A stretch of DNA of 55,297 nucleotides from the NCBI GenBank assembly GCA_963575745.1, contig CAUYUJ010000168.1:62001-117297 (forward strand). The letters run 5' to 3'. Position numbers and translations under genes: made by a program. Origin of the DNA: Prorocentrum cordatum. Lineage: Eukaryota. Position 1 is the stretch's first letter, and every line of letters begins with the position of its first letter. This document shows positions 35,539 to 51,180 of this stretch, one piece after another. The notes under the pieces are model-generated. The model was not told where the DNA came from, did not search any database, and saw only the letters and a program-made list of their open reading frames with translations.

Positions 35539-36778
35539 TAAAACGTGGTTTAGTGAAAACGACCTGAGGCCCAAACCTGGCGGGCGCAAGCCTGGAAAAT
35601 AACGGCCGCGGCGCCCTCTCGAGAGCCGAAAACGGACAATTCACTAATCGACGTGTCACTGTTGGGGGGTTCTGTCCGCCCCCGAAAGAGTGACCCTGGG
35701 TAAGAGTGACCTTTGGTGCGCGGCTTTTGGGGGGCCGCGGGGGGACCAAACCGGGACGCGCAGGCAGCTGCTGCTGTTTCGTTTCCAGCCATCTGGGAAC
35801 CCATCTGTGCCCGCACCAGAAGTCACTCCGGCGAAAGGTCACTCTTACGTCTAGTCGACAATACCACCCCCAAGTGGGGGGTTCCGTCCGCCCCCGATCC
35901 TCATATAACGGGGAGCAGCACTCGGCGATCCGCCGTCGGGCGGTGCAGGGAGTGCAGGCAGGCACCGAAGGGGGAGCCGCAGGGCGCCGGCCGCCGAGCT
36001 GAAGGTGCAGCAGGGGGGCCTCTGCACGGAGGAGGCGGAGGACCAGCCCACAGTGAAGGAGAGGTCGACGGTGCTGGCCGCCGAGAGGGGCACTCTCGGG
36101 GCGATCAGTTGCTGGCTGGAGGAGGAGAGCAGGTGCTGCGCGCAGTCGGTGCTGGAGCGCAGGCTGGACAGTGTTCTGACTTCTCGCCCCGCTGCTTCTG
36201 CATCGGAGGTGGTGCCTCCCAAGACGAAGAAGAACAGGTGGTCCCGCCAGCAGGACAGGGAGGCATTGGTGGAGAGCTTGATCGACCAGGTCGATGCGGA
36301 GACCAAGTAGAGGATGGGCCTCATTACTGCAGGAACGTGCTGGACTACGCGTTCATGTTGTGGAGGCGCGCCAGGTCGTCCGTGACCGCGGCTATGTCTC
36401 CACAGGCGGGAACGCTCACGATTTCAAGAACTTTAAGAGCAATGGTGTCGCCGAGCAGAGCGTCTTCTGGGGCCTCGACACGCTGGGCAATGGCACGGAC
36501 AACGGGGAAGACGAGAAGAAAGACCACGGGCATAATCCCGTGGGCGCAGGGCTCTACGGCCACGTCGGTAGCGGAGACTTGGGCTCTGACGTGTACGATC
36601 TCGACGACGACGAGTTCACAAGCGGCATCCCTGACCTGCCTCCTGTGCCGCCTGGCCTTCCTTGGATGTCGAGCCGGACGTCGTCACCGACAGCACCGTA
36701 GCTGGTGCTAAGGACGGCGACGAGTTGACCGGCGAACGCTACCGAGCGAAACTCGAAAAGTGCTGGGCCCTCTTCTCA

Positions 36779-36964
36779 TCGGGAGCGGCCAAGAGGGGGG
36801 TGTCCAAGAGGGGGCTGTGCAAATCATGACCGGCGGCATATGCGCGGCCCAGCGGGGGGGCCAGGGACGTAATGATATTGCGTCATGAAATCTGGGCAAA
36901 TATCATGGCCCCCGCCATGATATCCCCCCCCCCTAGTCATCACCCCCCTCTTTGCCGCCCCCGA
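36779..36964. mobile_element. MITE-like element
   Basis: TCGGGAGCGGCCAAGAGGGGGG / CCCCCCTCTTTGCCGCCCCCGA inverted ends. Confidence 0.5.
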
Positions 36965-37201
36965 TTCTATGGCTCGGGCAGCAGCTCTGACAAGGCGAAG
37001 GCCATGGAAGAGGTCGAGGCGATGCTTGCCATGGCCGCCGGCTGGTGAGGTGCCTCGTGCCTGCAGGTCGCGCTGAGGTGCCCCGCCGCACTTCTCGTCG
37101 CCTGCTGGCTTCGCCTCGTTTGGGCCTCTGGGTCGGTCTTCCGCTCGTGGCGGGTCGCCGCTGCCGGGCGCTGTTCGAAATACTTTCAAGCAGTGGCGAA
37201 G

Positions 37202-37402
37202 CGTCCTGGCTCGCCTATAGTCCTACCAAAGAATGTTCTGAGAACCTTTTGTGGTCTGCACGACCTGTTCTTAGAACATTTCTGGCTGGGACCGTCTTGT
37301 TTTGGCCCATCGGGTTTATGCTCTAAGAACCTTGTTTTTGTTCTTAGAACATGTGTGGGTTTTAAGGACACTTCGTGGTAGGACTATAGGAATGCCGGGA
37401 CG
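37202..37402. mobile_element. MITE with ~27-bp TIR
   Basis: CGTCCTGGCTCGCCTATAGTCCTACCA / TGGTAGGACTATAGGAATGCCGGGACG. Confidence 0.65.
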
Positions 37403-38569
37403 ATCGGTCCCTGCTCAATACTTCTTCTTCCGCCGAGCTGCGGCTCGTGCGGCGACGTGGACCCCCTGCCAATGCTCCTGCTGGCCTCAGGCAGCAGGAG
37501 CAGTAGCGGGCAGCCTGCCAGTAGGCTTTCGCTGGGCCATCGGGTTCGGCATCTGCTGCTCGGCATAGGCGGGGCTGCGTGGCCAATGTCGCCGGGCTCA
37601 GTGTTCGGCATGGCGGCCCGTTGGGGCTGCCTCGGCTTGCATGCCAGCTGTCATTGAACGACCGGTCTCATCAGAGCCCTCAGAGCCCTCCTCCTCTTCC
37701 TCCTCCTCCTCCTCCTCCTCCTTCTCCTCTCCCTCCCCCTCCCCCTCCCCCTCCTCCTCCTCCTCCTCCTCCTCCTCCTCCTCCTCCTCGGCGCCTGGTT
37801 CATCCTGTTGACGACCAGGCCGAGGTCGCCCTGCTTCGCGGCTAGCCGCCCCCAGGCCTGGCGGCGCCCGCGGCCGCCGCCGCTCGGAGGCCGCCCCGGA
37901 GCCCGCGCGCGGCCTCGGGGGCCCTGCGGCGCCGCCTGCCCCCCCCCCGCTGGGGGCTGCTAAAATGAAGGGGCCCAAGGGCACACAAATAAACATACGC
38001 GAATCCCATGACTCCCATCTCTATATAGATGTGTATATATATATATATATACCCCACATGTTTCGTGGGGTTTTGGTTTTCTTCTCTGCCGCGTCGCACC
38101 CGCGTCTCCTCCCCTCCTCCCTCCTCCCCTCCTCCACTTCCTTCCTGTCTTCACCTACGCGCAACACGTGCACGGCACGTACATGAGATACGCGTGAGAC
38201 ACGCCTGGCGTGCTCACTGCATCATACACCCAAGACGTATGCACAACATACTGGGCACATACATGAGGCACACGTTCCGATACCGCGGCACACGTATCAT
38301 ACACATACACATGACACGCCATATACAAGACGTGCGTGTAGGATTCGCGGTGCATGGCAGGAGGCTCTATGTGGGCCATGGCGCAGGGCACGGCAGGCGT
38401 GGCACTTTCTCGACACCAGAGGGGGTGCGCAGGGGGTGGTCTCTCACCGCGGTCCCTATACGCGCCAATGTCACATGGCGTAGCAGGCGTGGCACTTTCT
38501 CGACACCAGAGGGGGTGCGCAAGGGAATGGTCTCTCACCGCGGCCGTTATGCGCGCCTCTCACTCTGTG

Positions 38570-38730
38570 CGCTCCAGTCACTCCATTCACTCCAGGCGCT
38601 CTGGTCACTCCAATTACTCCAGACACTCCAGGCGCTCCAGTCAATCCAGCCACTTCAGCCACTCCGGGCGCTCAAGGCGCTCCAGTCACTCCAGGCGTCC
38701 AGTCAGTCCAGCCGCTCGAAGCGCTCCAGA
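38570..38730. repeat. 9-bp minisatellite (CACTCCAGG / CGCTCCAGT)
   Basis: Seen directly. Confidence 0.75.
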
Positions 38731-39717
38731 CATGCGTTTGATGTTCTGCCCAGAGGGCGCAGGATACATTTGCGCCATGCTGGAGATTCAGAAAAGCTGC
38801 GACGGAACGTTGGAGTATCTATTTTTATCGCACGGGAATATCTTCGGAGTAATTTCGGAAAGGCGCCATCGACGCTGGAGTATTTTTGAGAGTACTTTGA
38901 ATGTTCGAAAATATCGGCATCTTTGGAATATTTTGAAATTCAGCGCGCTGCGCTGGAGTATCTTTGGAGTATTTCGAAAAGGGACCGTCGACGCTGGAGT
39001 ATTTTGGAAATATTCTGAATTTTCGAAAATGTCGCTAGAGTATCTTTGGAGTATTTTGAATTTCGACGCTGTGCGCTGGAGTATCTCCGGAGTATGTTTT
39101 GATTTTTGTTGGATTATTTTATGACTATTTCAAATGAGGTCGCATTTGGTTGGAGTATTTTAGGAGCATTTGTAAAAGATTGGAAATCCGCCCGACTATT
39201 TTAAGACCATTTCCCGTGCTGGTGAAAACCGCGTGGAATATTATTGGAGTGTGTTACACGCGCGCGTGGCGCGTGAAATGCCCCCCATGGGGCATGTTGC
39301 GTCGGCGGCTCGCGCGTAGCATGCCGGGCCAGGGTATTATGGAGACGCGTGGGGGACGTCGGCGGTTTGTTTGGCGCGTTCGCGATGCCGCTGCTGATCC
39401 AGCGAGGGCGCGTCTTTCCTTTCGGTTTCCTGGCGGAGCTCGTCACGATGAGGGCGCGCCGCCACCTCCAGCTCCCGCCGGCGCAACGCGCGTGCTGGGC
39501 CGCTGTTCTGAAGACGCACTCGCGCAAAACTCCATGCACGGGCGAGCGCGCGTTCGCGCGACCAACCGCGCCTTTTTCGACCGCCACGGTTTTGTTCCAC
39601 TCGGCTACCGCGAAAACGAAACGACAAGATTGGTCATGGCACGCGTCGAAACAAGTCCCGCGCGCGCGCTCCGCCCGCCCGCCCCCAAACCCCGCCGCCC
39701 TCCCTCTTCTTTAACGA

Positions 39718-40420
39718 AGTTAGCCTGGCGATGGGCCCAACCACATGCAGCTGCGAGTGCCGCGCTGTGGGTACCATTCTCGGTGGAACACCCGATGGGG
39801 CCGCGAAGCGCGCGAGGGGCGCGCCGGAACGGGTGGCCCAGGCGCGCGCGGGAAGTTGCACTGGCGCCTTCGGCGGAGCTCCCTCTGGTGCAACACAGCG
39901 CGCGAGGGACGTGCCTGCATGGGCAAACGCAGCCACTGGGGCCTTCGGAAGAGCTCCCCGTGGGGCCACGAAGCGCGCGATGGGCGCGCCGAAATGGGCA
40001 TGGGGTGGGCGGGGGGCCGCGCGTGGGCATCGCCGCTGGGGCCTTCCGTGGGGCGCCACCAAACGAGCGAAGGGTGCGCCGACATGGGCATTGGGTGGGC
40101 GGGGGGCCGCATGTGGACATGGCCGCTGGGGCTCTCGGTGGAGCTCCCCGCGGGCCACGAAGCGCGTGGGAGCGCGCCGAAATGGGCGCGGCGCGGGCGG
40201 GGGCGGTGGCGGGGGGGGAGGGAGGGGGCGGGGCGCGTGCGGACATGGCCACTGGGGCCATCGTGGAGCTCCCAGTGGGGCCACGAGGTGCGCGAGGGGC
40301 CCGCCGAAACGGGCGCGCGGTGGGCAGGGGGCCGCGCGTGGACATGGCCGCTGAGGCCATCGGTGGAGCTCTCGGCTGGGCCGCGAAACGCATGAGGGGC
40401 GTGCCGAAATTGACATTCGG
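39718..40420 (-). mobile_element. Degenerate family B copy
   Basis: CCCAACCACATGCAG is the reverse complement of the family B 3' end, followed by degenerate 77-bp units. Confidence 0.6.
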
Positions 40421-41084
40421 TGGGCGGGGTGCCCATGCACAATGCAATCGCAGCGCCCGAGATGCTAAGCGCCAGCGCGCGTGCGCGCGCGCGCTCGCGG
40501 CGCGGTGCATGCATTTCTACACCGTGGGCGGCGATGTTAGGTCAAACGCCCAATGGTCAACACCCAATGTAAATCTTCATTCTCTGATCGGAAGGCGCGG
40601 TCATCTCCGCGTGGTGTAGATGACAACGTATGCGCGATGCAATGCCGCCGCGCGAGACGGCAGGCGCCCGCGCGCGCGCTCGCGGCGTGGCGTATGCGAT
40701 TCTGAACAATGGGTGGCGTTGCCCAATGGGAAACCCAATGGTTCAAACCCAACGTAAAATTTGTTTCTCGGAACGGAAGGCGCAGCCATCTGAGCGCAGC
40801 GCGTATGTGAAGGTATACGCAACGCAACGCCAGCGCGCGAGATGCCAGACACCCACGCGCGCGCGTGGCGTGGTGCATGCATGTCTATACCATGGGCGGC
40901 GATGTTAAATCGAAAACCCAATGGTCAAAACCCAATGTAAAATTTCATTCTCTGATCGGAAGGCGCGGCCATCTCAACGTGGTGTATATGAGACGTATAC
41001 GCAATGCAATGCCAACCCGCGAGATGGCAAGCGCCCGCGCGCGCGGCGTGGTGTATGCGTTTCTATGCATTGGGCTGCGATGTT

Positions 41085-43084
<2,000 letters not shown>

Positions 43085-44684
43085 CTGAAACCAAATGGTC
43101 AAAACCCAATGTAAGACATCATTTTCGGATCGGAAGGCGCAGCCACCGGAACATGGTAAATAGGAAAGCGTATGCACAATGCAATGCCAGCGCGCGAGAT
43201 GGCAGGCGCCCGGGCGCGCGCGCGCGCGCTCGCGGCGCTATCGTTTCTATGCCATGGGCGGCGATGTTAAGTGGAAAACCCAATAATCAAAACCCAATGT
43301 AAAAATTCATTCTCTGATCGGAAGGCGCGGTCATCTCAACGTGGTGTATATAAAAACGTGCACGCAATGCAATGCCAGCGCGCTAGATGGCAGGCGCCCG
43401 CGCGCGCGCATGCGCGCTTGCGGCGTGATGTCTACGATTCTATACAATGGACTGCGATTTTCAAGCTGGATACCCAACGAACGAAACCCAATGTGAACGT
43501 TCATGCTCGGGTTGGAAGGCGCAGCCATCTCAGCATCATGTATGTGAAAACCTACAGACAATGCAATGCCAGCGCGCCAGATGCCAAGCGCTCACGGGCG
43601 CGCGCGCGCGCGCCGTGGCGCATAGGTCGCCACTTGCCGCAGGTGGCAAGGCCAACCTTTCTGGCCCGCATCGGGGGCAATGCCGCAGCACGTGCTCTCC
43701 CAGCGGAGCCGTTCTTCTATCGCTACTGTGCTGTAGGCGGCCCTCGTTCACAGAGGCGGTGCTTCGTGACGGCGCGTCGCAATGTTTCGGCGCAGTCGCG
43801 GCGGCGTCGCGCGCCGCGTGGGATTGCAGCAGGGGCCTCGCGCGCGCTCTTGCGACTGTTCCTGCGACATGCTTGCTGGCGCCATCCTGCCACTTGCCAT
43901 GTTTTCGGAGACGTCCGATTGTAGCGTTGCGCTTTTCGTTGCGCCCGACGCGATCGGAAGCCTCGCCACTGGCAAGCCCGTGAGAACGAACGAAGTGATG
44001 CGCACGTCTTTCAATCCAGCCCCAAAAGCGGCGGTTATAAAACGACGCCCCATGGCATGTCGGAGAAGCACGGGAGGGAGACGCGACCAACAACGACTGT
44101 TTGAAACGGTCGAAAGAGGAGCGACGAAAGGAACCAGGAAGAAAAGTCATGAATTTGTTGATGCGCAAAGAAGGTGCGCAGGCATTGGGACGATATGCGT
44201 GGAGGAATCTTGTATTGTCTGCCGTGGAATGTGAATTCTAGTGGCCGCAAGGCCTGTTCGGGCGATGGTTGCGGCTGCGGGGGCGAACAGTGTAAACGCA
44301 ACGTCTGGGCCTCCAAAACCACGAGCGAATGTCAAAAGGGTGATCGCCGAAACAATGATGCGCCGCATCGGTTTCTACTGGCGCCGCCGCGCCGTCTGGC
44401 ATGCGATGGTAAAGCGCAGTCGATCCTCACTGTGCGCTGTGCACACACCACTTCGCTGCAAAAGCACACATGTGCCAAAACGCGGTAGCGCGAGCTGCCG
44501 CCACCACGAGCGGCGCAACAGGTCATAACGACGCCACGCGGCGCAGCATGTTTTCCAGGCGCGTGCGCCGTCTGCTAGCGAAGCTTCTGTCAAGGAGGCA
44601 ATTTCCTGGCTATTTTTTGAATATTTTGAAGATGCCTTGGAAATTCGCCGCCAGACTATTTTTTGACTATTTTGATGTACTCTT

Positions 44685-44710
44685 CCTGTAGAGGGACGCG
44701 CCCGACTTAA
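44685..44710. mobile_element. Orphan M1 right TIR with subterminal GACTATTTT repeats
   Basis: CCTGTAGAGGGACGCGCCCGACTTAA. No left TIR seen nearby. Confidence 0.7.
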
Positions 44711-45631
44711 TGTTAGATCCGTCTGGTACCCCGAGGCCTGGTGGCCCCCCGGAGGCGGACGAGGAGCAACCGCATGCCGATACTGGTGGACTTCTGGAAC
44801 GGCCCTCTCTCCAGCTTTCCGCTCCTGCTCCCCCTCCCCCTCCCCCTCCTACCTTTCTCCTTCTTGCAGAGGAGCCTCGTGCGCGCATTGAGCAGTCGTG
44901 CGCTGGCACACGAACGTGGGCGTGAGCGGCTCGCATGTTGAGAGAGCATAGCCCGTGCGCGCTATCGCTCCTTGGACTGCCGACCTCTGTTTCGGAGCCG
45001 CTTTCTTCGATCGAGCGCTGGAGGCACGTGCGTGCCGATGCTAGCAGGGCCCACTCGCACAGCGCCCCTCAGCCTGGCATTGCATCTGACAGCGGCCAGC
45101 GTGCGCCAGATGCGACCAGCGTGCAGCAGAGGTCAGTCCACAAGAAACCTGGCACAAGAAACCCAACCCTGAGACTACAGGGCGTCAATTAATTTTTTGT
45201 GTGGGAACGTCACGCTTTCCATAGCAAAGCCATCGACACCCAAGAAACCCAGGGCACCCTGGAGGCAATCAGGGTGTTTGGCATGGGTCTCCACTGTAAG
45301 GCCACATAGTGGCAGAAGGAGGCGACGTGACAGTGGCAACGCAGCAAGATTTGTGGCAGGCCTCAGTCGAGCGTGAGATGTGAGGAGCCGTGGCCCAAAT
45401 GGGCGATTTCGGAAACCCTGAAACCAAAAACGATTTCACTTCCGCCGCCTTCCGCCGAGCTTCCGCCGGCCTCCGCCACCTTCCGCGGGCGGATGCGGCC
45501 TCGTTTTACTTCCGCCGCCCCTCCGCCGATGAAGTGATGACAGCTCCTTCGACCCTCGAAGGCGAGGCCTTTTCTTGGAACGCCCTAAGTGGTGAGGCTG
45601 CGCCAGGCCTCCGTGGCTCGAAAAAGGGGTC

Positions 45632-45637
45632 TAGTAG

Positions 45638-45705
<68 letters not shown>

Positions 45706-45710
45706 TAGTG

Positions 45711-45802
<92 letters not shown>

Positions 45803-45803
45803 C

Positions 45804-45844
<41 letters not shown>

Positions 45845-45872
45845 CGTAGTCGTAGTCGTAGTCGTAGTCGTA
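45632..45872. repeat. (TAG)n microsatellite running into the gap
   Basis: Seen directly. Confidence 0.95.
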
Positions 45873-45972
45873 NNNNNNNNNNNNNNNNNNNNNNNNNNNN
45901 NNNNNNNNNNNNNNNNNNNNNNNNNNNNNNNNNNNNNNNNNNNNNNNNNNNNNNNNNNNNNNNNNNNNNNNN
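45873..45972. other. Assembly gap (100 N)
   Basis: Run of N. Confidence 1.
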
Positions 45973-46209
45973 GGAGGACGAGGAGGAAGGAGGAAGGAGG
46001 AAGGAGGAAGGACTAGGAGGAGGAGGAGGAGGAGGAGGAGGAGGAGCGAGGAGCGAGGAGGAGGAGGCGGAGGAGGAGAACGAGGAGGAGGAGGAGGAGG
46101 CGGAGGCGGAGGAGGAGGAGGAGGAGGCAGAGGAGGAGGAGGAGGCGGAGGTGGGGGAGGAGGAGGCGGAGGAGGAGGGTGAGGAGGAGGAGGAGGAGGG
46201 CGAAGAGAG

Positions 46210-47200
46210 GTACTTGCAAGGTGCGTGCAGGCTGCAACGCTCTGCTCGGCAGCCTCGAGGCTCTCATGCTCGCGACTACACGAGGCTGGAGGCCGGACAC
46301 TCATACAGCTCAGCCGCACTGCCGCGGCTACAGGAAGGCTGCGGGCTGAAGCGGCAACCGCCGCCGCACCATGTCGAGTGGTGAACTGCTCGAGCATTGG
46401 GAGCTCACGAGCCCTCTTCCCGGAACACCGTCTTCGACGAATTCGACTGCTTCAGGGTTGGGTTGTGCGGCCCACCCGCCACCTCCAGATTCTCGGAGCT
46501 CTATTCGGGGAACCACCTTGCGAGCGGGAGGGGCATACATCTCCTTCGGAGAACTCCGCCCACATGCATGCCCCTGGGCCCTTCGAGTGAAAGCTGACCG
46601 TCTCAGTCTCGCCGAAGGACTGGACGAGGAAGTGTCTGCAGAAATGTCCTGAGACTTCAGGTCGCTCATGGACGGAACGACGGCCTCTTTTTTTCGCTGG
46701 TGTGCATGTCTCTGCTTACAGATCGAGGCAGTTCACCGGCGCCATCCCTGATCCTGGGTTCGTTCCACCTGTGCCATCAGTGCCCGACGGGCCCGAGGAG
46801 GAAGTACTCATCGCAGAGCACGGTTGGACATGTTGGCTGCCTGCTCAAGAGAGCGGATCGTAAATATGTGATGCAGCTTTCCAGACACGTCGCGACCTCG
46901 TGAATCACCTCAGGGGTACACACGGACTTCGAGACATCTGCTATGCTATCACGCCTACAAAAACGCACAGGCGTCAATTGTCGTCAGGTTTTCGCTTGTC
47001 GTGTCACCGCTGCTGAACATGCTTTTGGGTCTATGTTTCGTGGTCGCTGCGATACGATCGGCCCGTCGACGCTTCGAGACCTCGTGCGTATCCAGTCCTA
47101 CGTCTGCCCCGTCTGCGAATTTGACGGCTCGAGTCTGACCGACTTGTGCGACCACCTCTGCACGCAACTTCCCTTTCGGCCGCGACCCTTCACAGAGCAT
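46210..47200 (+). pseudogene. Probable non-LTR retrotransposon post-RT region with zinc-finger relics
   Basis: RRIRLLQ..RPTRHLQILGALFG, CHQC, and CPVCEF..LCDHL, spread over several frames. Confidence 0.45.
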
Positions 47201-48897
47201 GCCAGACGGGATGGACCTGTCGGGCGCCGCGGCTCCACCGACTTGGCTCAGCGCTCCGAGCGGCACCAAGAGGCAAGGCCGAGACGGCGAAGATGGGGAC
47301 TCAGAAAAGAAGCACAAGGGCGATAGCCGAGTACGTTGCCGACCTGAAGGACACGGTGTGCATACGCAGCGATCTGCCGAACGCAACGATTGGCTTAGCG
47401 GGGGCGTGCAAGGTGGCAGGTGTGACCTACAACCAGGCGGGCTAAGAACAGAAGAGGGCACAGCGAGAGGGATAATCGGTAGACTACAAGGCTCGCGGGC
47501 CTTCCCACGTGCACATGCTGATGGTGGCGATCTTCTACGGGGCCGGCAAGCAGTTCGACGACGCTGGGGAGGCCGCACACATCAAGCTTCGGGGCGAGAC
47601 TTCTGTTGCTCACATCGTACTTTAGGACCACATCCCAGAAATAATTTCGAGCTCCCAGAAAAGTGTCGAAGCAGTGTCGAACGAGTACCTTCCCCCAGGG
47701 CCCGACACGTGAAAACCATCAGATTTCGGTATCTTATTGGTGCTCGACATTCTTTCTGGTGGTCAAGGCTGAAGTAGGTTGGAACATCAGAAGACGAGAC
47801 GAACAACACACATCATACGGAGACCTTCACCGCGGGCGTCACGGCGGCTAAGATCGGGAGGGCGTGCCCATACCTTCGCTGCAGGTGCTCAGGGCGGCGA
47901 ACGGCGAGACCCCGAAGGCCATCATCTCGATGGCGTTCCACAAGGGCACGAATATCGGCAACGTCCCCTCCGTCCAGATTGAGGCCTTGATGGGGCCAGA
48001 GGGGGGCGTATTCTTGTCGGGCGCGGCCCCGAAGGGGTTCCCTGGAGAGGGAGATCCGGTCGACGGTCGGGCCGCAGGAGAAGTAGTAGGCAGCAGCAGT
48101 CGCTATCCACATATACGAAGCGAGGCAGCAGGTAGCAGCAGGGTTCACGACCAGCAGACGAGCCAACAGCCCCAAGTCGGAACGTCGCTGCACCCCTCCC
48201 TGGCCCGCTCCCCCTCACTCCTCCTCCTCCTCCTCCTCCTCCTATTCTTCTTCTTCTTCCTCTTCTTCCTCTTGCTCGTCTTCCTGTTCCTCTTCTTCTT
48301 CCTCCTCCTCCTCCTCCTCCTCCTCCTCCTCCTCCTCCTCCCCCTCCCCCTCCTCCTCCTCCTCCTCCTCCTCCTCCTCCTCCTCCTCCTCCTCCTCCTC
48401 CTCCCCCTCCCCCTCGCCCTCCTCCTCCTCCTCCTCCGCGCTCCTCGAGCCAAATCTGGCTCCAAAGGCAATGGCAGACGTCGGGGGAGTGGCCAGACGA
48501 GGGGGGCTCAAGCTGTGGCTGCACGGCGGGGCGCCTCGGCTGCCCGCACATCTTGAGGCGAGGGGGGAGGGGGAGAAGTGCGAAGCGGCGGTGTGCCAAC
48601 GAGGAGGAGGAGGGAGGGTGACAACGAGGAAGAGGAGGAGGGGGAGGGGGACGAGGAAGAGGACGAGGAGGGTGATGATGATGAGGAGGAGGAGGAAGAG
48701 GAGGAGGAGGAGGAGGAGAAGGAGGAGAAGGAGAAGGAGAAGATGATGATGCTGCTGCTGATGATGAGGAGGAGGAGGAAGAGGAGGAGGAGGTGGAGGA
48801 GGAGCAGGCGGAGGAGGAGGAGGAGGAGGAGGAGGAGGAGGAGGAGGAGGAGGAGGATGAGGAGGAGGAGGATGAGGAAGAAAAGGAGGAGGCTGAG

Positions 48898-48932
<35 letters not shown>

Positions 48933-49249
48933 GGAAGCGGGTGGGACGGTTTGGGTCGGGGGGGGGACGAGGCACCCGGACCCTTGGAGCCTGCCCCCCG
49001 AGGGCCGCGTGCCCGTCCAGGGGAGTGCAGGCGCAGGCCTGTGCCGCTCTTCGCGGAACGTGCTGGCTACTTCGAGATGTGATGACGGGGGGGGTGCAGA
49101 TGACCATCGTACAACCGCCTCTTCCTTCTTTCTCCTCCTCCTCCTCCTCCTTCTCCTCCTCGTCCCCCTCCCCCTCCTCCTCCTCCTCCTCCTCCTTCTC
49201 CTCCTCCTCCTCTTCCTCCTTGTCCTCGTCCTCGTCCTCGTCCTAGGAG

Positions 49250-49410
49250 GAGCACGGGTGGTGGGTCTCACTGCCCCCACGGAACCTGACCCCGAAGACC
49301 CTGGAAGCTTCGGGGGGGCCGAAACGGCCAGGGGCGTTTCATTCGTGTTCCGATTACGTTTGGTGACGCTCCCACAAGATGAATCTTCCAAGCACGAAGA
49401 GAACAGAGGG
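49250..49410. repeat. Family J interspersed repeat; inverted partner at 51470-51646
   Basis: GGAGCACGGGTGGTGGGTCT..CCCACGGAACCTGACCCC..AAGCACGAAGAGAACAG. Confidence 0.7.
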
Positions 49411-49894
49411 CGGAGGAGGAGGAGGAGGAGGAGGAGGAGGAGGAGGAGGAGGAGGAGGAGGAGGGGGAGGAGAAGGAGCAGGAGCAGGAGCAGGAGAGGG
49501 GGGAAAAGATGATGAGAGGAGGAGGAGGAGGAGGAGGAGGCGAAAATGAGGAGGAAACGAGGAGGAGGAGGAGGAGGAGGAGGAGGAAGAGGAGGAGGAG
49601 GAGGAGGGGGAGGAGGAGGAGGAGGAGGAGGAGGAGGAGGAGGAGAAGGAAGAGTGAGGTGGAACGAATGAATGAATATCCCGTGGAGTCCTGTACCGAT
49701 CTCGGCCTGACTGCTCGGATTTCTGAGACTGGCCGCGTTGCAACTGCGAGGGCGTGGAGCCGGGTAGCTTCTGCTCAGCATCGTTTCGCCGAACCGTGTC
49801 CCTATCAACATCCAGACCCCCACCACTGCAGCACCCCAATTGGGGATGTACCCCTCGAGTCCCGGAGGAAACAGCCCATATCCCCATCCAGGGG

Positions 49895-51180
49895 ACGCGC
49901 TGGCCTCATTTTCGGGCGACCGCTCGTGACGAATCGTGCTCCCGCTGCAGCGCTGGCCTCATTTCCGCACTTCCGCTCGTTCCGAACCGTGCTCCCGCTG
50001 CATCGCTGGCGTCATTATTTCCAGCGCCATGCCCCAGCATGGTTTTCGGTCCTTCCAAATCGGCCCCAAGATCTAGAAAATGGCCTCCCAAAGAAACCAT
50101 CGGAAGTAATTCCACATTCGGTGTCGATTCTTTGATTTTTGGGCCGCGGACCCCCCCACTTTGGGGCATCGCCACGCCATGCTATGTCAAGCTACGCGTC
50201 CTCATTTCCGCGCTTCCGCGTTTTTTGTTTCAAAATGCTGCTCTCGCTGAAGCACTGGCCTCATTTTCGGGCTACCGCTCGTTCCGAATCGTGCTCCCGC
50301 TGCAGCGCTGGCGTTATCATTTCCAGCGCCATGCCCTGGCATGGTTTTCGGTCCTTCCAAATTGGGTCTCAAAATCTAGAAGATGCTCCACTGAAAAAAC
50401 CATCGGAAATGATTACACATTCGGTGTCGAATCGTTATTTTTTTGGGCCGCGGAAACCCCCACTTTGGGCCGTCGCCACGCCATGCTATGTCAAGCTACG
50501 CGTCCTCATTTCCGCGCTTCCGCATTTTTTTTTTGTTTTTTTTTTTTTTGTGTGTGTGTGTGTGTGTGTGTGTTTTGACTTTTTGTTGTTGTATGTGTGT
50601 GTGTTTTTGTTGTTTTCTCTTTTTCAATATGCTGCTCTCGCTGAAGCGCTGGCCTCATTTTCGGGCGACCGCTCGTGACGAATCGTGCTCCCGCTGCAGC
50701 GCTGGCCTCATTTCCGCGCTTCCGCTCGTTCCGAACCGTGCTCCCGCTGCAGTGCTGGCGTCATTATTTCGAGTGCTATGCCACGGCATGGTTTTCGGTC
50801 CTTCCAAATCGGCCCCCAAATCTAGAAAATGCCAACCCAAAGAAGCCATCGGAAGTGATTACACATTCGGTGCCGATTCGTTGATTTTTTGGGCCGCAGA
50901 AGCCCCCACTTTGGGGCGTCGGCACGCCATGCTTTGTCATGCTACGCGTTGATTTTCGACACTATGCTACGCCATGTAATGCTATGCCATGCTACGACAT
51001 CCGATTGTGCGCTTGGGGCGTCGCCACGCCATGCTATGTCATGCTTCGCGTTGATCTTCGACTCCACGCTATGCCACGTAACGCTGTGACATGCTACGAC
51101 ATCCGATAGTGCGACTAGAAAAGAGACCTACGCCATGGTAAGGGATGGGAGGGCAGCGCAGCGCACCTAGCTTGTCCTCC
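49895..51180. mobile_element. Family I repeat with ~300-bp higher-order units and ~48-bp subunits
   Basis: Recurrent CGTGCTCCCGCTGCAGCGCTGGC and ATGGTTTTCGGTCCTTCCAAAT (~50040, 50341, 50788). Confidence 0.7.

Noticed and set aside
47922..49826. 634-aa Pro/Ser/Arg-rich ORF and similar poly-E, poly-G and poly-R ORFs elsewhere
   Set aside because: (GAG/CTC)n microsatellite artefacts.
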